From PVC group bacterium (GTDB taxonomy: Bacteria; GCA-001730085; JADFSZ01), in assembly GCA_022560555.1 (NCBI GenBank), contig JADFSZ010000004.1, positions 1 to 22,933 on the forward strand: a stretch of 22,933 bases of DNA. The letters are read 5' to 3'. A program made the translations under genes and the position numbers. The notes below the pieces were generated by a model. It worked only from the letters and a program-made list of their open reading frames with translations, was not told the origin of the DNA and searched no databases. Each line of letters opens with the position of its first letter. Within the stretch, counting starts at the first letter, position 1. Below are positions 1-7,856 of this stretch, in pieces.

Positions 1-336
1 GAATAACAGCTCGTTCCATCAAAAAGGCAACCTTTCAAAATCCATGGATGACAACTTGCCATAAGCTTAACATAGAAATATAATGATGAAAAGTCATAAA
101 TCACTCATAGCACAATTGTTGAAACTCATGAACCCCATCGCGCTCATAACAGATTTTGGTCATAGGGTACAAAATTTTAGGATTAGACACATCGTACGCG
201 GCACAAAAAAAAGGCAAACTTTTAAATGTGATCGGGAGTTCGGGTTATTGGGAAATCGCGGTTAATTTAGGTCACGCGGCAAAATATCTAAAGGCCAAGC
301 GCGGATCAATCGTGACGGTCACATGGTCTTAAAGAA

Positions 337-630
337 TTAATTTGAGCGGCACAATTGTTTCATCTCACGTATGTATTCGGGAAAATATTCCAAAATTACT
401 GTCATATTAAACCGTCTCAGAATTGATTCTTTGGGTTCCCGCTCCAAAAGAAATTCGAAGGATTTTTCAACCCAAATCTCAGGTTTGATCTTGCGGTCTG
501 TCCAAGTGATATAATTTGATTTATCTAACGTGACACTGTGGGTTGTTTGTCCCCCATCATCCGCGCAAGTTACTTCGAATGTATACGATTGAACTTGATC
601 TTCCTTAAGCTGGACTTGAATGTTTGTCAT
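337..630 (-). CDS. Small conserved hypothetical protein (97 aa)
   Basis: Intact ORF. Its ATG (630..628) overlaps the TGA (629..627) of the upstream transporter gene in an ATGA junction, which implies translational coupling. It looks soluble. The C-terminal stretch SFEFLLEREPKESILRRFNMTVILEYFPEY resembles a conserved-hypothetical family I recall from other bacteria but cannot name. No catalytic motif recognised. Confidence 0.6.
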   Translation of the reverse strand: MTNIQVQLKEDQVQSYTFEVTCADDGGQTTHSVTLDKSNYITWTDRKIKPEIWVEKSFEFLLEREPKESILRRFNMTVILEYFPEYIREMKQLCRSN

Positions 631-1910
631 GGTCGAACCTTCCCTTGTTTATTACGAACCCGTTTGTTTATGCAGTATCGATTCACAATCACAGACCCGA
701 TGGCATCCCCTTCGACATTGATCATGGTCCGGAATGTATCTAAAAATCGGTCAATCGGAATGAGGATTCCGATCGCCTCAATCGGAAGTCCTACGGATTG
801 CAAAACGGGAATCATGGTGACCATCCCCGCACTTGGAATTCCCGGAGCTCCCATCGAAGCCAAAATGGCGACAAGAAAAATCATAAGCTGCGAAACAATA
901 TTCAAATCAAGTCCAATAAGATTCGCAACAAAAAGCGCCGCAATGGCCTCATACAGGGCCGTCCCATCCATGTTGATCGTCGTGCCCAAAGGCATCACAA
1001 AACCCGCAATATCTTTGTCCACTTTGAGATGTTCATCCACACACCTGAGACTGATAGGCAGCGTGGCCGAGCTTGACGATGTGGAGAAGGCCGTGATCAA
1101 AGCATCTTTCATTCCCCTAAAAAATATCCACGGAGAAAATTTTCCGAACCATTTTAATAGGAGCGGCAAGGTCACCGCCCCGTGTAAAAAGGTGCCCAAC
1201 AATACAACACCGATAAACTTAGCTAAACTTTTGAGCAAACGGATATCCTGACTGGCAAAAAGGATGGCGAGAAGAGCCAGTATCCCCCAAGGCGCCAGGC
1301 GCATGATCCATCCCACAATCATCATGATCAAATCAAAAAACTCCTGGAGTAAATTGTGAATACCTTTGGCTTTTTCTTTCGCCTTGACGATGGCAATCCC
1401 GATAAAGATCGCAAACACAATAGTTCCTAATATTTCTCCTTCAGCCATCGCTTTAACCGGGCTAATAAAAAATCGTTCGTTGATAAATTTACTGAAATAC
1501 TCAGAGGTTGTAATATCGGGACTCGTATAGGCACTCATATCTTTTTCAAAGATATCAATCTGTGTATCTACCCCCGGACGTAAGATATTTACAAGAGTCA
1601 ATCCTAACAGTACGGCCAAAGCAGATGTGCCGATAAAATAGCCAAGGGTGCTCTTCCAAACAATACCCATGGCGGAATGCTTTCTAAGATTCGCAATGCC
1701 TAAAGCAATGGAAGTAAAAACCAAAGGAACCACGATCATCTTCAAGAGGTTAATGAACACACCTTTGACGATTCCAAGAACATAGAGAACCGTCTGTGTT
1801 TTGTCGGGACTGAACATCCCCGCATTCAGCATAAACCCAAAAACGATGCCCACCCCTGCTCCGATAAGAATATGACGGTTGAGGTAATCTTTTTTTGCGG
1901 ATGATTTCAT
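627..1910 (-). CDS. Dicarboxylate/amino acid:cation symporter (DAACS / GltP-SstT-like family)
   Basis: 427-aa polytopic membrane ORF. It carries the family hallmarks SSSATLP (reentrant hairpin HP1 region) and NMDGTALYEA (TM7 NMDGT motif), and a GAPGIPSAG-type HP2 loop. Substrate cannot be assigned from sequence alone. Confidence 0.9.
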   Translation of the reverse strand: MKSSAKKDYLNRHILIGAGVGIVFGFMLNAGMFSPDKTQTVLYVLGIVKGVFINLLKMIVVPLVFTSIALGIANLRKHSAMGIVWKSTLGYFIGTSALAVLLGLTLVNILRPGVDTQIDIFEKDMSAYTSPDITTSEYFSKFINERFFISPVKAMAEGEILGTIVFAIFIGIAIVKAKEKAKGIHNLLQEFFDLIMMIVGWIMRLAPWGILALLAILFASQDIRLLKSLAKFIGVVLLGTFLHGAVTLPLLLKWFGKFSPWIFFRGMKDALITAFSTSSSSATLPISLRCVDEHLKVDKDIAGFVMPLGTTINMDGTALYEAIAALFVANLIGLDLNIVSQLMIFLVAILASMGAPGIPSAGMVTMIPVLQSVGLPIEAIGILIPIDRFLDTFRTMINVEGDAIGSVIVNRYCINKRVRNKQGKVRP

Positions 1911-1958
1911 AAGTGAAAATATTGTGTGATTATTTTTTCGATATGGTGATCAAAATTC

Positions 1959-1987
1959 TTGTCGCGAGTCATGATATATATTATACT
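1959..1987 (+). promoter_or_regulatory. Sigma70-like promoter for the NhaC-family transporter gene
   Basis: TTGTCG (1959..1964), a 17-nt spacer, then TATACT (1982..1987). The -10 hexamer shares almost the same bases as the -10 of the divergent minus-strand promoter. Confidence 0.45.
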
Positions 1988-2011
1988 ACGTGGGATCAAC
2001 TTTCCTGTCAA
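1983..2011 (-). promoter_or_regulatory. Sigma70-like promoter for the DAACS symporter operon
   Basis: On the minus strand: TTGACA (2011..2006), a 17-nt spacer, then TAGTAT (1988..1983), with TATAAT offset by 3 nt at 1985..1980. It lies about 70 nt upstream of the ATG at 1910. Confidence 0.5.
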
Positions 2012-2032
2012 TACCACATAAAGGGATCGATC

Positions 2033-3820
2033 GTGACCAACATTCTTCAAAACAGAGACATTTCAAAATACTGGTTTGCACGATCTCCAAAATTTTGGAT
2101 TTTTCTTCTTGTGCTCAGTACCGCTTTTATCGCCGGACGAAAAGTGCAACCCACATGGACCGTAGAAATAATTCAGCTTGATGTTAAGAAAAACGACGCG
2201 GGACAGATCTACTATATCTACAAAGAGAAGCCAAAAGTTATTGAACAAGTTGTCCCTCTCTCTCAAGCTGAACTCACACCCGAAAAAATCCAACTCTTGA
2301 ATCAAACGGGACAATCGCCTCCCCTCCTGGAAGAATTTGTCTTAGAACCCATAACGAAAGAAGGGAAATCTTTGACCTTGTACTACCAACACACTTTGAA
2401 GCGCCATTGGAGATGGTGGTCACTCCTTCCCGCCTTCGCGGCCGTTTTATTTTGCTGGATCACGAGAGAGCCCATCACCTCATTGTTCGGAGGGATTGTT
2501 TGCGGAGCTTTTCTTTTACAAAAATACAATATACCCGGAGATGTCTTAGTTCCCGCGCTCATGACAAAAGATGCGGCCACCATTTTAGTGATTTATCTGT
2601 GGTTTTTAGGAGGACTCATGGGTGTTTGGTCCCGTACCGGAGCCGCGCAGGCGTTCGCGGACCTAATGACACGCACGGTTGTTCGAGGCCCCCGAACGGC
2701 AAAACTTGTCGCGTGGTTTTTAGGTGTCATCTTTTTTCAAGGCGGAACCATTAGCACGGTTTTGGTCGGCACAACGGTTAAACCCATTGCGGACAAAGAA
2801 AATATAAGCCACGAAGAGCTTTCTTATATTGTCGACTCCACAGCGTCTCCGATCGCTTCTCAATTGGCATTCAACGCCTGGCCCGGTTATGTCCAAGCGT
2901 TTATCTTTGTCTCCGGCGTAAGCTTTTTAGCCACGGAAGCGGACCGGATCACATTCTTTTTCAAAAGCGTTCCGTTTTGTTTCTATGCCATCTTTGCCGT
3001 TCTCGGAACGTTTCTTTTGAGCATAGATAAACCTTTTTTTCTTGGCAAGAGAATGAAAGAAGCTATCGCTCGATCCCGTCAAACAGGCGAGCTGGATGCG
3101 CCAAACGCCGATCCGCTTTCTTCGAAAGAACTCCAATCGAGTCATGTTCCCGAAGGATACACACCGCATGTCATTGAATTTTTTCTGCCGCTTATTGTCC
3201 TTATTGGTATATGCATCGGGACATTTATCAAGATGGGGTCTCCCAACGTTCTTTGGGCATTCGGACTTGCCCTTTTGTGCGCCATGAGTTTAGCCCTCAT
3301 CCGCGGCATGTCCCTCAAAGATCTTATGGTTGGATTTCACGAAGGGATTAAAGGTGTGGTCCTAGGAGCTGTAATCCTTCTTTTAGCCATTACGATCGGC
3401 GGAATCAGCCAGCAAACGGGAGGTGGGATTTTTCTTGTTGAACTTTTGGGCCATCATATTCCGTATTGGGCTTTGCCCGTCATTCTACAGCTTATGACCA
3501 TGCTTATCTCGTTTTCAACAGGGACTAGCTGGGGAACTTATGCCGTCGCATTCCCTTTGGCCATGCCCTTAGCCTGGACAGTGGCCAATGTCAACGGCGT
3601 TGCACATCCGGAGCTTTTTATGACCATTTGCTTTGCGACAGTGATGGATGGCAGTGTCTACGGGGATCAGTGCTCACCGATTTCGGATACAACCGTTTTA
3701 ACGTCCATGTGCACCGGGTGTGATCTTATGGATCATGTAAAAACGCAAATGCCTCAGGCTAGTATGGCCGCCCTTTTAGCCGCCATATGCTGGACAGCCT
3801 TAACATACTTTTACGTATAA
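2033..3820 (+). CDS. Na+/H+ antiporter NhaC-family membrane protein with an N-terminal TM anchor and an extracytoplasmic extension of about 100 aa
   Basis: The ORF is open from 1913, but an ATG there would sit 2 nt from the divergent gene start and upstream of both predicted promoters. The in-frame GTG at 2033 has AAGGGA 6 nt upstream. The core from about [28 protein letters not shown] onward, and the C-terminal [21 protein letters not shown], match the NhaC-family pattern (G-D-x-C-S-P-I-S-D-T-T). The exact start is uncertain (1913, 1943 or 2033). Confidence 0.8.
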   Translation: MTNILQNRDISKYWFARSPKFWIFLLVLSTAFIAGRKVQPTWTVEIIQLDVKKNDAGQIYYIYKEKPKVIEQVVPLSQAELTPEKIQLLNQTGQSPPLLEEFVLEPITKEGKSLTLYYQHTLKRHWRWWSLLPAFAAVLFCWITREPITSLFGGIVCGAFLLQKYNIPGDVLVPALMTKDAATILVIYLWFLGGLMGVWSRTGAAQAFADLMTRTVVRGPRTAKLVAWFLGVIFFQGGTISTVLVGTTVKPIADKENISHEELSYIVDSTASPIASQLAFNAWPGYVQAFIFVSGVSFLATEADRITFFFKSVPFCFYAIFAVLGTFLLSIDKPFFLGKRMKEAIARSRQTGELDAPNADPLSSKELQSSHVPEGYTPHVIEFFLPLIVLIGICIGTFIKMGSPNVLWAFGLALLCAMSLALIRGMSLKDLMVGFHEGIKGVVLGAVILLLAITIGGISQQTGGGIFLVELLGHHIPYWALPVILQLMTMLISFSTGTSWGTYAVAFPLAMPLAWTVANVNGVAHPELFMTICFATVMDGSVYGDQCSPISDTTVLTSMCTGCDLMDHVKTQMPQASMAALLAAICWTALTYFYV

Positions 3821-3855
3821 TCTTTTTAATGGCTCAATGATATATGCCAAAAATT

Positions 3856-4800
3856 TTATACTTCAAAATATTGCTGGGTTGAAAAATAGCGTTCTCCTGT
3901 ATCCGGCAAAACAGTAACAAGCGTTTTTCCGGCCCCAAGCTCTTCGGCTATTTTCAGGCTCGCCCACACAGCGGCCCCCGAGGAAATCCCCATAAACAAA
4001 CCTTCCTGTCGAGCCAAAAGACCGGCTGTTTCAAAGGCCTCCGCATCCTTAACCGTCACAATCCGGTCAATCAGATCCCTGTTGAGAATTTCCGGAATAA
4101 AACCGGCGCCGATCCCTTGGATTTTATGTGTTCCGCTCTTTTTCCCTGATATCACGGCGCTCCCCTCAGGTTCGACAGCAACTATCTGAATATCCGGATT
4201 TGCCTTTTTAAGCACTTCGCCTGCTCCCGATAACGTTCCTCCCGTTCCCACCCCAACAACAAAGGCATCGATTTTTCCGTTGGTTGCATCCATAAGTTCT
4301 TTCGCTGTCGTTTGACGGTGAGCCTCCAGATTTGATTGATTCATAAATTGGGAAGGCATAAAACTATCGGGGGTCTTGGCCAGTAAATCTTTTGCCCGCT
4401 GAATAGCTCCGGACATCCCTTTCTTGCTAGCAGTGAGGACAACCTCCGCACCATATGACTTGATGATAAATTGACGCTCCAAGCTCATGGATTCCGGAAT
4501 GACGACAATACAGCGGTACCCTTTGACGGCGGCAACCATGGCAATCCCGATACCCGTGTTTCCGCTCGAAGGTTCAATAATAACACCGCCGGATGTTAAA
4601 GCGCCCTCGGACTCGGCCATCTCGATCATCTTAAGACATATTCGATCTTTGACGCTCCCCCCTGGATTAAAACTTTCTAATTTTGCTAATATTCGGGCAG
4701 AACCGTGGGGCACAATTTTGTGCAACTGAATCAGGGGCGTGTTGCCGATCAAATCCAATATCGAATGATAGATTTTTTGTTCAAACGGACTCATAGACAT
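3856..4800 (-). CDS. cysK: Cysteine synthase A / O-acetylserine sulfhydrylase (PLP-dependent)
   Basis: 314 aa. Has GNTPLIQL, the PLP-lysine motif NPGGSVKDR, the substrate loop SSGNTGIG, the phosphate-binding loop GVGTGGTLSG and a late GISSGAA. CysK versus CysM or CBS-type cannot be fully resolved by eye. An alternative ATG lies two codons downstream. Confidence 0.9.
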   Translation of the reverse strand: MSMSPFEQKIYHSILDLIGNTPLIQLHKIVPHGSARILAKLESFNPGGSVKDRICLKMIEMAESEGALTSGGVIIEPSSGNTGIGIAMVAAVKGYRCIVVIPESMSLERQFIIKSYGAEVVLTASKKGMSGAIQRAKDLLAKTPDSFMPSQFMNQSNLEAHRQTTAKELMDATNGKIDAFVVGVGTGGTLSGAGEVLKKANPDIQIVAVEPEGSAVISGKKSGTHKIQGIGAGFIPEILNRDLIDRIVTVKDAEAFETAGLLARQEGLFMGISSGAAVWASLKIAEELGAGKTLVTVLPDTGERYFSTQQYFEV

Positions 4801-4827
4801 TTATGGTTTTTGCAATTTTGGAAAATT

Positions 4828-5796
4828 TTAATGTTGAAAGAGCAGCCATGTTAACACGTAAGCAAGCCCCATGGCAAGAATCGGCATAAGAATCCAATTA
4901 TATATCACTTTTTTGGATAAAGGTTTTTTGAAGGTATGGCCATGACCACTTTCGTCTTTAAGGCTCGCAATGGCAAAAATCGCAGCCACTTTAACCATAA
5001 CAAATGATTGAGGGACACCGCAAACGGAAGCAATAATGACCAACGTTCCGCAAACAAGGCATATGATACTGGCAGACAAAAGGCCCAGGGGAATAATTTT
5101 CTCGCTTGATGTTTTAAGTGATCCCGGAAACAGGAAGCTGCCAACACCGAAAAACGGAGCCATCACAAGGAGCCCGATGACAGGGGAGATCATCTCGCTT
5201 CCCACAAGGGGCCCTACAACATTGGCCACGTTATTCGTGCCTACAGAAAACGCGTTGTAACAACTGGAAAAAATAACAAAAGCTTTTAAACGGGATTTAT
5301 GATTAACGAGTTTTTCGTAAATCCAAAAATTTATTTTTCGGGGAGGATAAATCATTTTCCCGATAAAATAGGTTAAAAAATATCCGGCGACAGGCAAAAA
5401 GATCCAGAATGGCAGCATCCATAATATATTTTCCCACTCGACTTGATCAAAATAAAGACCCACCCCCATAAGTGCGGCCACAGTAACCAAACTCGTTGAT
5501 TGCGGCACATGCAGGATATTGCTGATAAAAATACTCAAAACAGCCGAAAATAAGATAATGATACAGACTTTTGGCGTTATAATAAACGCAGGGATAATAC
5601 CTCCTTCAAGAGTGTTCGTCACTTCACGGCCCAAACACAGAGCTCCCGCAACCACACAAAGAGCAAAAAGGCATTGAGCTCTTTTGGGTGTGATAGCCTT
5701 GCTTCCGCATGCCGCGGCAAACGTGACGCCAAAAATACTAGCCCCCATATTTACGGAAAAGAACACCGCTAAAACAATGATGAATATCTCCGTCAC
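4828..5796 (-). CDS. PiT (PHO4) family-like anion permease with degenerate signature motifs
   Basis: 322-aa polytopic membrane ORF with two homologous halves. The N-half NMGASIFGVTFAAACGSKAITPKRAQ and the C-half FSVGTNNVANVVGPLVG align by eye with the duplicated PiT signature (GANDVAN...G...AL..RQA). The signature Asp is not conserved in either half (S/I in the first, N in the second). Confidence 0.65.
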   Translation of the reverse strand: MTEIFIIVLAVFFSVNMGASIFGVTFAAACGSKAITPKRAQCLFALCVVAGALCLGREVTNTLEGGIIPAFIITPKVCIIILFSAVLSIFISNILHVPQSTSLVTVAALMGVGLYFDQVEWENILWMLPFWIFLPVAGYFLTYFIGKMIYPPRKINFWIYEKLVNHKSRLKAFVIFSSCYNAFSVGTNNVANVVGPLVGSEMISPVIGLLVMAPFFGVGSFLFPGSLKTSSEKIIPLGLLSASIICLVCGTLVIIASVCGVPQSFVMVKVAAIFAIASLKDESGHGHTFKKPLSKKVIYNWILMPILAMGLAYVLTWLLFQH

Positions 5797-5802
5797 GGAC
5801 AG

Positions 5803-6831
5803 TTACTCCTGAATACTACTGTCTTCGTTATACTCTAATCCTAATGACAAAATTTTACTCACCAGATCATCAAAATTCAAACCATGTTTTCTTGCCGATA
5901 ACGCAAAATCATCATCCTTCGTAATACCCGGATTTGGATTAGCTTCAATGACAAAAACCTCTTTGTCGGACGTCAGCCGAATATCAATTCGCGCGTAACC
6001 CCGAATCCGCAAAATCTTATACACACGTTTTGAGGTTTCAATGATTTTCTTTTCCAAAACAGGATCTTTTAAGTAGGCAAAACCATATCTCACTTTCCAT
6101 TTTTTTCGATATTCCGGGTCCCACTTTACCTTATATGTGGCAATTTGCGGGCCTTCGTTTTCTATCGGCAATTTTAATTCCCGAATGGGGAAGGTCGTAA
6201 TAATCCGATTTCCCAGCATGCTGACATATAATTCTCTACCCTCAATATACTCTTCCGCGATAACATCCTGAGCTAAATTGTCATGAATAAAGTTTGCGCG
6301 CTCCTTTAAGTCAGTGTCGTTGGATATCACAGAAGCATTTGAGATTCCGTAAGACGACTCATCACGCAGGGGTTTGATAATCACGGGATATTTCAGCCAT
6401 TTGGGATGATAAACCCGACAGCCGCGATAAAATATCTTGAACTTTGACACATGGATATGGTGATGACTTAAGATTTCCTTCGTTATCCCCTTGTTTTTAC
6501 AAAGGACCATCGCCGCCGGATTGGAACCCGTGTAGGGTATTTGCAAAAGCTCGAACAGTCCCACAATGTTGCGTTCGTAAAATGATTGTCCGTGAAAATG
6601 CTCGACTAAATTAAAAAAAATATCCGGTTTTTTCTCCGCAACAGCATCCAAAAGGGGTCGAATATCATCATAAATCCCTACCACCCGGATATCATGTCCC
6701 AAATTTTTCAATGATTCGTAACATTGCCGCTCTGTTTTATATTCTTTCTTTTTAAATAACTCTAGATAATTTCTGTTCTGGGGAGTTTCGCCCATCGTAT
6801 CGCAAATAAGAATGACATCCAGCTTTTTCAT
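5803..6831 (-). CDS. ATP-grasp ligase, D-alanine--D-alanine ligase-like family
   Basis: 342 aa. Has the Ddl-type N-domain (LNLVEHFHG-like, LLQIPYTGS), the ATP-binding strand PVIIKPLRDESSYGIS, the hinge AEEYIEGRELYV and the Mg-binding YARIDIRL...VFVIEANPNPG. The start ATG overlaps the stop of the upstream peptidase gene (6828..6831). Confidence 0.85.
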   Translation of the reverse strand: MKKLDVILICDTMGETPQNRNYLELFKKKEYKTERQCYESLKNLGHDIRVVGIYDDIRPLLDAVAEKKPDIFFNLVEHFHGQSFYERNIVGLFELLQIPYTGSNPAAMVLCKNKGITKEILSHHHIHVSKFKIFYRGCRVYHPKWLKYPVIIKPLRDESSYGISNASVISNDTDLKERANFIHDNLAQDVIAEEYIEGRELYVSMLGNRIITTFPIRELKLPIENEGPQIATYKVKWDPEYRKKWKVRYGFAYLKDPVLEKKIIETSKRVYKILRIRGYARIDIRLTSDKEVFVIEANPNPGITKDDDFALSARKHGLNFDDLVSKILSLGLEYNEDSSIQE

Positions 6832-7841
6832 AAATCCCTCTTAAAAAGCCCCGTGTAAAAATGGTTTTTAACAAGCGCCGTCAGGCAGCCTATGCACATT
6901 AATTTTGTCTCAGTTTCTTCAGACCGGCAATAAAGACCCATCTCTTTCGAGCGGCGTGTCAAGCGTCGAACAAGGTGATCGATAACATATTTGTGTTGCC
7001 CAGTCCATTTTTGCACTATACTTATTAATTCTTTTCGATTTTTTTGTAGATACCGATAGGCTTTATTTGGGGGGGGGCTCACGTCACGGCTGAAGAGCAC
7101 AAGAAGTTCTTTATCAAAAAACTCCGGTGACTCCTGCGCGTACATTTTTTTTCGTTTCTTGTAATGTGTAATTAATTTTGACTTCAAGCGCTTCACGTTA
7201 AAATACCGTGTCTGCGATTCCACCAGCGGCTCCCGATCTTTCACCTTCCGCATCAGAGTGTCTACATATTCAAGTTTGTTGATCACGCGCCAATTTTTAT
7301 ACCTTACACGCCAGTTAATTTTCGGATTCATCCATACGGCAAACGATTCCGCGAAATCCTCATCCGGATGACTCTGGGCATATCCTTCTTCGATATTGCT
7401 GACATAATTTCGGCTATATTTCTTAAATTTATAGTAGTCCGAAAACTCTTTGGAAGGCTGTCCGAAGAGTTTTCTCCATTTTGGCTTATTTTGAAATTTA
7501 TAAGCGTATGATATCGCGTGTCCCATCTCATGGCGCATTAATTTCAAGAATTCTTCTTGGGATTCTCCTTCGACTTCAAGCATCATCTGTCTTTCTAAAG
7601 CCCTCAGGCGCGAATGGCAGAGATAAAAAGGAATTCCGATCGCTGGCACACCCTCAGGACAAAGCCACTCGTCCGCCAAATAAACCGCGGGACGAAACCG
7701 GATACCCTTTAGTTCGAGCTCCATGGTAAACACTTCCACATACGGAACGACCATCGAGTGCTCCAAGCTTATCGGCAAATCGCAAAACCGCATCTCCAAC
7801 AACGCTTCATCCGTCAGTTTGTCTAAATCATTTATCTTCAC
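6828..7841 (-). CDS. Putative zinc-binding metallopeptidase (HExxH)
   Basis: 337 aa. Has an HExxH motif in LMRHEMGHAISYAY and a downstream acidic SHPDEDFAESFAVW segment that could supply the third ligand. The N-terminal GIPFYLCHSRL...EVEGES block resembles the uncharacterised 'putative zinc-binding metallopeptidase' family, recalled from memory and not verified. The C-terminal third is basic and helical. Confidence 0.75.
   Translation of the reverse strand: MKINDLDKLTDEALLEMRFCDLPISLEHSMVVPYVEVFTMELELKGIRFRPAVYLADEWLCPEGVPAIGIPFYLCHSRLRALERQMMLEVEGESQEEFLKLMRHEMGHAISYAYKFQNKPKWRKLFGQPSKEFSDYYKFKKYSRNYVSNIEEGYAQSHPDEDFAESFAVWMNPKINWRVRYKNWRVINKLEYVDTLMRKVKDREPLVESQTRYFNVKRLKSKLITHYKKRKKMYAQESPEFFDKELLVLFSRDVSPPPNKAYRYLQKNRKELISIVQKWTGQHKYVIDHLVRRLTRRSKEMGLYCRSEETETKLMCIGCLTALVKNHFYTGLFKRDL
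7069..7077. repeat. G9/C9 homopolymer tract inside the metallopeptidase CDS
   Basis: Nine consecutive G on the plus strand (C9 on the coding strand) encode Pro-Pro-Pro in ...RDVSPPPNKAY.... It is the longest G/C run I saw in the window. Confidence 0.95.
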
Positions 7842-7856
7842 CTCATTTTCCTCTCA

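Noticed and set aside
1-64. Possible gene fragments at the left edge: a plus-strand frame open from position 2 to a TAA at 62..64, or a minus-strand ATG at 19..17 reading out of the window
   Set aside because: Only 6 to 20 codons are visible. Nothing can be supported from so little sequence.
83-265. 60-aa plus-strand ORF in the left-hand intergenic region
   Set aside because: It has no ribosome-binding site, no recognisable motif and a basic, low-complexity composition, and it lies in the 3' flank of a minus-strand operon. Most likely a chance ORF.
196-322. 8-nt direct repeat ACGCGGCA (196..203 and 274..281), each followed by an A-run and AAGGC, and the palindrome GTGAC-G-GTCAC (312..322) just past the stop of the 97-aa gene
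   Set aside because: These are short enough to arise by chance. There is no adjacent promoter or gene start to regulate, and no convincing terminator geometry. Noted only as possible protein-binding sites.
538-1251. 237-aa plus-strand ORF (and the nested 798..1076 ORF)
   Set aside because: It is entirely antisense to the well-supported DAACS symporter gene, with no motifs. A shadow ORF.
1913-2032. N-terminal 40 codons of the NhaC-like ORF as given in the ORF track
   Set aside because: The ATG at 1913 is 2 nt from the divergent start codon. It lies upstream of both predicted promoters, which fall inside this stretch. The GTG at 2033 with an AAGGGA RBS is preferred, but this is not proven.
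3821-3855. Expected terminator between the convergent NhaC-like and cysK genes
   Set aside because: The 35-nt gap is AT-rich with no stable hairpin that I could find, so no terminator feature is called.
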